Shown here: positions 32,878-38,331 of the stretch, one piece after another
Layout of the letters: each line of letters begins with the position of its first letter
Position numbering within the stretch: the stretch's first letter is position 1
Assembly: GCA_017399325.1 (NCBI GenBank)
Contig: JAFQDY010000045.1
Coordinates: forward strand, 1-38,331
DNA: 38,331 bases
Reading direction: 5' to 3'
From: Oscillospiraceae bacterium
GTDB taxonomy: Bacteria > Bacillota > Clostridia > Oscillospirales > Oscillospiraceae
Program-made: the position numbers and the translations under genes
The notes under the pieces: model-generated
Seen by the model: only the letters and a program-made list of their open reading frames with translations
Told to the model about the DNA's origin: nothing
The model's database searches: none

Positions 32878-34009
32878 ATTGGATCACACCTCCAATAATG
32901 GTTTTCCGCACCCGGAAAGTTTCATCGCAGATGATGATGTCTGCGTCTTTTCCCCGGTCCAGCGAACCTTTTTTGTCAGCCATCCCAATGGCGGCAGCAG
33001 GATTCAAAGAGGCGCAGTTGACACATTCGTGCAGAGGAATGGAAGAATTGGTATACACATTCCAAACGCCTTTGTTCAGGGGCAAAACGCTTCCCGCAAC
33101 GGTGCCGTCTTCCAAACGGCAGACGATGTCGTTATAGATGATTTTTGCGCCGCCCAAAGTGTATTCCCCGAAGGGCAGACCGCCGGCGGGCAGACAGTCG
33201 GTGATGAGGCAGAGTTTTCTGCCTTTGACTTTCCACAAAATGTCGTAAAGGGCGGTTGATACATGGAATGTGTCCGCGATCAGTTCGCAGGTCACATCGC
33301 TTTTCAGCGCCGCGCCCACGACCCCCGGCGCCCGATGGGCAAGGGGCGTCATAGCGTTGAACAGGTGGGTGGCGTGACGGACACCGGCTTCGGTGCTTTT
33401 GATCGCTGTTTCGTAATCGGCCGAGGTGTGTCCCATAGATACCACCACATCTGTCTTTTTCGCAATTTCCCGGATGGCGGCAAAATCTTCTGTGTCCTGC
33501 TCCGGCGCGAGGGTGATGATCTTAATGATGTCCGCATATTCTTTTACGAAATCCGCGTCGGGTTTCAGAATGTGGGCGGGATCTTGCGCGCCTTTTTTTG
33601 CTTCGCTGATAAAAGGGCCTTCCGCATGGCAACCCAAAATGGCGCTGCCGTTCCATTGTTTGCTTTCCTCTTTCAAAGACTGCAAAACCGCCAAGGCTTT
33701 TTTGATCACGGCCATATCCACCGTCATGGTGGTGGGAAGGTAGCCGGTCACACCGTTTGCCAAAAGGCCTTTGGAAATGGCGCGGATGCTTTCTTCACTG
33801 CCGTCGCACACATCTTTGCCCAGGTAGCCGTGAATGTGCAGATCGATCAGACCCGGGGCAACATAGCCGCCCTTGGCGTCAATGATATGGGCATCTGCCG
33901 GCACATCCGATTCCGGAACGATGCCTCGAATCACCCGGTCAAAGAGCAAGGCATAGCCGCTTTGAATGCCATCTTTCAGTATGATCTTGCCGCCGGTGAT
34001 TGCGTGCAT
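32861..34009 (-). CDS. nagA: N-acetylglucosamine-6-phosphate deacetylase
   Basis: PGLIDLHIHG, HAEGPFI, KKGAQ, LAPE, GHT, THLFNAM, LITD and AGS motifs. Confidence 0.95.
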   Translation of the reverse strand: MHAITGGKIILKDGIQSGYALLFDRVIRGIVPESDVPADAHIIDAKGGYVAPGLIDLHIHGYLGKDVCDGSEESIRAISKGLLANGVTGYLPTTMTVDMAVIKKALAVLQSLKEESKQWNGSAILGCHAEGPFISEAKKGAQDPAHILKPDADFVKEYADIIKIITLAPEQDTEDFAAIREIAKKTDVVVSMGHTSADYETAIKSTEAGVRHATHLFNAMTPLAHRAPGVVGAALKSDVTCELIADTFHVSTALYDILWKVKGRKLCLITDCLPAGGLPFGEYTLGGAKIIYNDIVCRLEDGTVAGSVLPLNKGVWNVYTNSSIPLHECVNCASLNPAAAIGMADKKGSLDRGKDADIIICDETFRVRKTIIGGVIQYENNT

Positions 34010-34170
34010 TTGCCTGCCCCCTTTGTGAAATGATCGGTGTGGTTACCATTGTTTTAACACAACCAAAATGCGTTTGCAACGTATTTTGAAAAAAATTTTA
34101 TTTTGTCCACGATTTGTGCTGAATTGTCGAAAAAGGCAGCAAAAAGCGGCATTAAAAGATGCCGCTTTCT

Positions 34171-35421
34171 TTATGATATGGCTGCTTTTTGTTTGTCCGC
34201 CAGGCGGTACATCAGAAGATACCCGCCCATCAACAGGATAGTTACGCCTGCTGCAACAAAGAACACGGGATTGTAAGTGCCAATTCTGTCGTAAATGGCG
34301 TTGGAGATGGGACTTGCCACAATAGAAGCAGCCGATGCCATAGACAGGAAAATGCCCGTATACTGGGCCTGGGCCTGGTAACCGAACAGAGATACGGCCA
34401 GCAGGGGAATCACAACCGTCAGAATGGGCAGCGCCAAAGAATAGATGATGATGGCGATGATGGCAGAGGTCATACCGCCCACGGTTGCCAGTAAAATAAG
34501 ACCGGCAATATTAAAGACCATACAAATCAGCGCTACTTTTCTTGCGCCGATGGCATCGCACAGGAAACCTGCCAGAATTTTGGAGCCGGTCAGACACAGC
34601 AGCAAAAGGCTTTGCATACTGCTGGCTTGGGTGGGGGAAAGCCCTCTGTCCTGCAAATGGGGAACTACAACAAAGAAGGCCAGCCAGGGCAAAACGCAAC
34701 TGAGAAATGTGCCGACAATCATCATATAAAATGCCGGAGTCCGGACCAACTGCTTCATGTGAAGTCCGGCCCAATGGTCATCGTGTTCCCGCTTTTTGTG
34801 GGCCACCTGCTCGCCGTAGCCGTAAGGCTGAAGTTTCATATCTGTCGGATGCTTGCGGATAAATACCATAACCAGCGCGCAGCATAAGACAAGCAACACC
34901 GCAGCCAGATAATAGGATGTGTGGTAGGAATACCGCTGAATCAACGCAGACTGGAAAATGCACACAATGCTGCCACCGATACCGGAGGCTGAAGAAACAG
35001 TTCCGAAAACCGCACCCTTGTGCTTATGAAACCAACTGCTGACGATTCTGGTGGCAATGGCATCGCCGCAGAAGCCGTTGGTCATACCCCAGAGCGCATA
35101 TCCAAAAAAGAAGAGGGGGTAAGTATCTGCCGTGCCCATCAGGAATGCGGATGTGGCACCGATCAAAAGGAAAACGGACATCAGACTGCGGCAGCCGTAA
35201 CGGGAGATCAGCGTGCCGGAAAACATTGTGGAAAACATTGCCACAACAGAACTGGCGCTGCCGGCCAGAGCGAACTGGGCGCGGGTGATCTGCAGCGCTT
35301 CCGTTACGGGAATCAGGTGCAGACCGGACAGATTGTTGCCGATGCCGCCGCGCATGCCCGCCATCAGAAAAAGGGTTGCCGCAATAATCCAATGGTAATG
35401 TTTTCTGATGTACTTTATCAC
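34171..35421 (-). CDS. MFS transporter
   Basis: About 12 TM segments; G.L.SRYG.R, WF.KHKG and GFLCDAIGAR loops. GTG start after GGAGG. Confidence 0.88.
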   Translation of the reverse strand: MIKYIRKHYHWIIAATLFLMAGMRGGIGNNLSGLHLIPVTEALQITRAQFALAGSASSVVAMFSTMFSGTLISRYGCRSLMSVFLLIGATSAFLMGTADTYPLFFFGYALWGMTNGFCGDAIATRIVSSWFHKHKGAVFGTVSSASGIGGSIVCIFQSALIQRYSYHTSYYLAAVLLVLCCALVMVFIRKHPTDMKLQPYGYGEQVAHKKREHDDHWAGLHMKQLVRTPAFYMMIVGTFLSCVLPWLAFFVVVPHLQDRGLSPTQASSMQSLLLLCLTGSKILAGFLCDAIGARKVALICMVFNIAGLILLATVGGMTSAIIAIIIYSLALPILTVVIPLLAVSLFGYQAQAQYTGIFLSMASAASIVASPISNAIYDRIGTYNPVFFVAAGVTILLMGGYLLMYRLADKQKAAIS

Positions 35422-35596
35422 AGACCGTCGCCTCCGTTCATATTCCTCGCCCTTATCATATCCCAAACCTGCAATTTGTCAATGCACATTTTGGCTTTCT
35501 TAAAAATTTTATCGTATTCTAAGGACAAATGGAAAAATTTGTGCTACAATAAAAATACGCTTCATACAGAAAAAGATTTTGAAGGGTCGAATGGTT

Positions 35597-37345
35597 ATGA
35601 CGATTGCAAACATTATCACGCTTTTGGGCGGCCTGGCGTTCTTCCTGTTTGGTATGACGCTGCTGGGCGACGGCCTGAAACGGGTAGCCGGCAGCAAACT
35701 GGAAACGGTTCTCGGACGGCTCACCTCCACCACATTTAAGGGCGTTCTGCTGGGTTCACTGGTCACGGCGGTGATCCAGTCGTCCTCTGCCACAACGGTT
35801 ATGGTGGTGGGTTTCGTGAACTCCGGCATTATGAAACTGGCAAATGCCATCGGCATTGTTATGGGCGCCAACATCGGCACCACCGCCACCGGCTGGATAT
35901 TGGTCCTGGCGGGCGTGGACGGAAACGGCGGCTGGTCCTCTGCCACTGTTTTTGCGTTTGTGGCCTTTATCGGCATTATCCTGTATTTCTTCTGTAAAAA
36001 GCAAAAGCAGAAGAATGTGGGTATGATCCTGCTGGCCTTTTGCGTTTTGATGACCGGTATGCAAACCATGAGCGCTGCTATGGAGCCGCTGAAAACCAGC
36101 CCCGCTTTTTTGAACTTTATCTCCGCAGTTTCCAATCCACTGGTGTCGCTGCTGGTGGGTGTTGTGGTAACGGCGATCATTCAAAGTTGCTCTGCTTCCG
36201 TGGGCATTCTGCAGGCATTGTCCATCACAGGCGTCATCGGTTACGATGTGGCGATCCCTATGGTCATCGGTATGTGTATCGGCGCTTGTGTGCCGGTGCT
36301 GCTGTCCGCCATCGGCGCCAATGTGAACGGCAAACGCACCGCGTTTGTGTACCTTTACTTCAATCTGGTGGGCGCAACCGTTCTGATGACGGCATTCTAT
36401 ATTGCAAATGCCTTCCTGCATTTTGAACTGATGGATCAAACTGCCACCAGCATCGGCATCGCCATTGTGAACACCGTTTTCAAAGTCTCCGCAACGGTCA
36501 TTCTGGCGCCCTTTGCCCGCCTTTTGGAAAAACTGGCCGTACTTACCATCAAGGAAAAGAAGTCCCCGGACGAGGACGAATTTCAGGAGAATCTGCTGGA
36601 AGAACGCTTTTTGGACTATCCGCCTCTTGCTTTGGAACAATGCGGCCGTGCGGTGGATATGATGACCCACGCGGCCTTTAAGAGCCTGAAAAAAGCAACC
36701 GACCTGCTGGGCGAATTCAGCCAGGAAAAATACGACAAGATCATGTCCCGGGAAGAACTGGTTGACCGCTATGAGGACACACTGGGTTCTTATCTGATCC
36801 GCCTGAACACAAAAGCCCTGTCTGAAAAAGAGACCCAGATCGTAGCAAGATACCTGTCCTGCCTGACCAATCTGGAGCGCATTTCCGATCACGCCGTCAA
36901 TCTGGCGGATCTGGGCAAAGAACTGGCAGAAAAGAAAATCAAGTTTTCCAATCAGGCTCAGCAGGAACTGAAGATCTGCATTGCCGCCACGTTGGAGATT
37001 CTGGATATGACGCAGAAGGCTATGGCAAATAACGATGTGGATCTGGTGAAAATGGTGGAACCTTTGGAGGACACCATCGATGTTCTGGTCAAGAAGTGCA
37101 AGAATCACCACATTCAGCGGGTACAGGCCGGCAACTGCACATTGGAACTGGGCTTTATCTTCAACGATTGCCTGCACAATATGGAGCGTGTGGCTGACCA
37201 CTGTTCCAACCTTGCGGTCACGGTTTTGGAGACCACCGTTTCCGATGTTCACTCCCACGATTATCTGCGCTCCATCAAAGAGTCCGGAGATAACCAGTAC
37301 CAGATCATGCTGGCAGGTTTCACGGCAAAATATAATATCGATTAA
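35597..37345 (+). CDS. Na/Pi cotransporter family protein with PhoU domains
   Basis: GGLAFFLFGM, QSSSAT, GANIGTT, LERISDHA and MERVADHCSN motifs. Confidence 0.94.
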   Translation: MTIANIITLLGGLAFFLFGMTLLGDGLKRVAGSKLETVLGRLTSTTFKGVLLGSLVTAVIQSSSATTVMVVGFVNSGIMKLANAIGIVMGANIGTTATGWILVLAGVDGNGGWSSATVFAFVAFIGIILYFFCKKQKQKNVGMILLAFCVLMTGMQTMSAAMEPLKTSPAFLNFISAVSNPLVSLLVGVVVTAIIQSCSASVGILQALSITGVIGYDVAIPMVIGMCIGACVPVLLSAIGANVNGKRTAFVYLYFNLVGATVLMTAFYIANAFLHFELMDQTATSIGIAIVNTVFKVSATVILAPFARLLEKLAVLTIKEKKSPDEDEFQENLLEERFLDYPPLALEQCGRAVDMMTHAAFKSLKKATDLLGEFSQEKYDKIMSREELVDRYEDTLGSYLIRLNTKALSEKETQIVARYLSCLTNLERISDHAVNLADLGKELAEKKIKFSNQAQQELKICIAATLEILDMTQKAMANNDVDLVKMVEPLEDTIDVLVKKCKNHHIQRVQAGNCTLELGFIFNDCLHNMERVADHCSNLAVTVLETTVSDVHSHDYLRSIKESGDNQYQIMLAGFTAKYNID

Positions 37346-37358
37346 ACGATCGCATCAA

Positions 37359-37391
37359 GCACCGGCCCGGATCTTTCGGGCCGGTGTATTT
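37359..37391 (+). terminator. Intrinsic terminator
   Basis: GCACCGGCCCGGA-tct-TTCGGGCCGGTGT-ATTT. Confidence 0.65.
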
Positions 37392-37550
37392 GTTTTCCAA
37401 TTTTTGTGTGGATTTCCGAAAAGAAACAATTATATTTTGTCTGTTTTCGGCAAAGATATGTTTGCGGAAAGAAAAGTGCTTTCTTCGGAAAGCGCTTACG
37501 CTTTCCAAGAAAGTAAAGCATAAAAATGCTTGGAAAAGGAGAGAAAAAAG

Positions 37551-37745
37551 ATGAAGAACAACAACCAGATCAACATTCCTCAGGCTCGTGAGGCTATGGA
37601 CAAGTTCAAGATGCAGGCTGCTCAGGAAGTTGGCGTTAACCTGACCAATGGTTACAACGGCCACCTGACTTCCCGTGAAGCCGGCTCCGTCGGCGGCCAG
37701 ATGGTCAAGAAGATGATCGAGGCTTACGAACAGGGTATGCAGTAA
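37551..37745 (+). CDS. alpha/beta-type small acid-soluble spore protein
   Basis: AMDKFKMQAAQEVGV and LTSREAGSVGGQMVKKMIEAYE motifs. Confidence 0.95.
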   Translation: MKNNNQINIPQAREAMDKFKMQAAQEVGVNLTNGYNGHLTSREAGSVGGQMVKKMIEAYEQGMQ

Positions 37746-37754
37746 TTCCCGAAG

Positions 37755-37785
37755 TGCCAATTACCCCTAAAAAGGGTAATTGGCA
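37755..37785 (+). terminator. Stem-loop after the SASP gene
   Basis: TGCCAATTACCC-7nt-GGGTAATTGGCA; weak U-tail. Confidence 0.6.
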
Positions 37786-37852
37786 TACATATTTGCAAAA
37801 ACGAGATGTTTGTGTTATACTGATAGCAGTCTACCGCAAAGGGGGAATTGCT

Positions 37853-38215
37853 ATGCGTATCCAGGAATCCGGAGAAATGTATCTGGAGAGCATTTATGTG
37901 CTGCTGAAACAAAGCGGCCATGTCCGTTCTGTGGATGTGGCGGAGCATATGGGCTATTCCAAACCCAGCGTCAGCCGGGCCATGGGATTGCTAAAAAAAG
38001 CAAATTTAATTGAAATTGCCCCCGATGGGGCCATCGCGTTGACCGATGCCGGCGTTGGGGTGGCAGAGAAGATCTACGAACGCCATACCATCCTCTCCCA
38101 AATGCTGGTGAATTTGGGGGTCGATCCGGAAGTTGCCACGGAAGATGCCTGCCGGCTGGAACACGCCATCAGCGATGAATCCTTTGAAGCCATTAAAAAG
38201 CACATATTGGGTTAA
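37853..38215 (+). CDS. DtxR/MntR family metal-dependent regulator (short form)
   Basis: ESGEMYLE.I, VRSVDVA...SKPSVSRA, YERH and EDACRLEH motifs. Confidence 0.92.
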   Translation: MRIQESGEMYLESIYVLLKQSGHVRSVDVAEHMGYSKPSVSRAMGLLKKANLIEIAPDGAIALTDAGVGVAEKIYERHTILSQMLVNLGVDPEVATEDACRLEHAISDESFEAIKKHILG

Positions 38216-38219
38216 AGAA

Positions 38220-38250
38220 AAGCCTGTCATATTCTGACAGGCTTCTTTTT
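38220..38250. terminator. Bidirectional terminator
   Basis: AAGCCTGTCA-tattc-TGACAGGCTT. Confidence 0.7.
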
Positions 38251-38331
38251 TATTTTCTTGTCCAGGCGCTTCGGGAGAGCAGCACCAATATGGGGAAGAT
38301 CTCCAAACGGCCGGCCAGCATACACACGATC
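38250..38331 (-). CDS. trkH: TrkH-type potassium uptake protein, C-terminal end (partial)
   Basis: Manual translation IVCMLAGRLEIFPILVLLSRSAWTRK*. MLxGRLEI is the TrkH C-terminal signature. Confidence 0.8.
   Translation of the reverse strand, partial: IVCMLAGRLEIFPILVLLSRSAWTRK

Noticed and set aside
35756-37258. 500-aa antisense ORF, and other long antisense ORFs such as 7460-8296, 19733-20581 and 33263-34033
   Set aside because: These are shadow frames of well-supported genes with GC-rich third positions; they have no recognisable motifs or convincing RBS.

Overview
This is a chromosomal segment of an endospore-forming Clostridia bacterium; Oscillospiraceae-like is my inference from gene content. 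It has about 45 genes. Housekeeping genes include rpsF-ssb-rpsR, iscS-iscU-rrf2-rpe, rpiB, tatD, gluQ, tadA, queH, an RlmL-type methyltransferase, nagA-ROK and several transporters. Sporulation genes include yabP-yabQ-divIC, spoIVB, ytvI, spoIIP, DUF421/DUF4363, an alpha/beta SASP and a 45-aa Cys-rich YjcZ-like peptide. I saw no CRISPR array, rRNA, tRNA, transposase or integrase. The less ordinary signals are mostly non-coding or small. (1) A ZTP (pfl) riboswitch heads an operon whose first gene is a trigger-factor paralogue lacking the ribosome-binding domain, followed by a divergent fhs. (2) An isolated phage-like three-gene module (two Cys-rich micro-ORFs plus an ArpU/RinA/DUF1492-like regulator) has its own sigmaA promoter and two GTACTT-N4-AAGTAC palindromes. 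(3) The SASP gene has a potentially bistable structured leader. (4) Three families of short palindromic intergenic repeats occur, and two clusters of them bracket an XRE-TPR regulator islet. All assignments come from reading motifs by eye; no searches were run.
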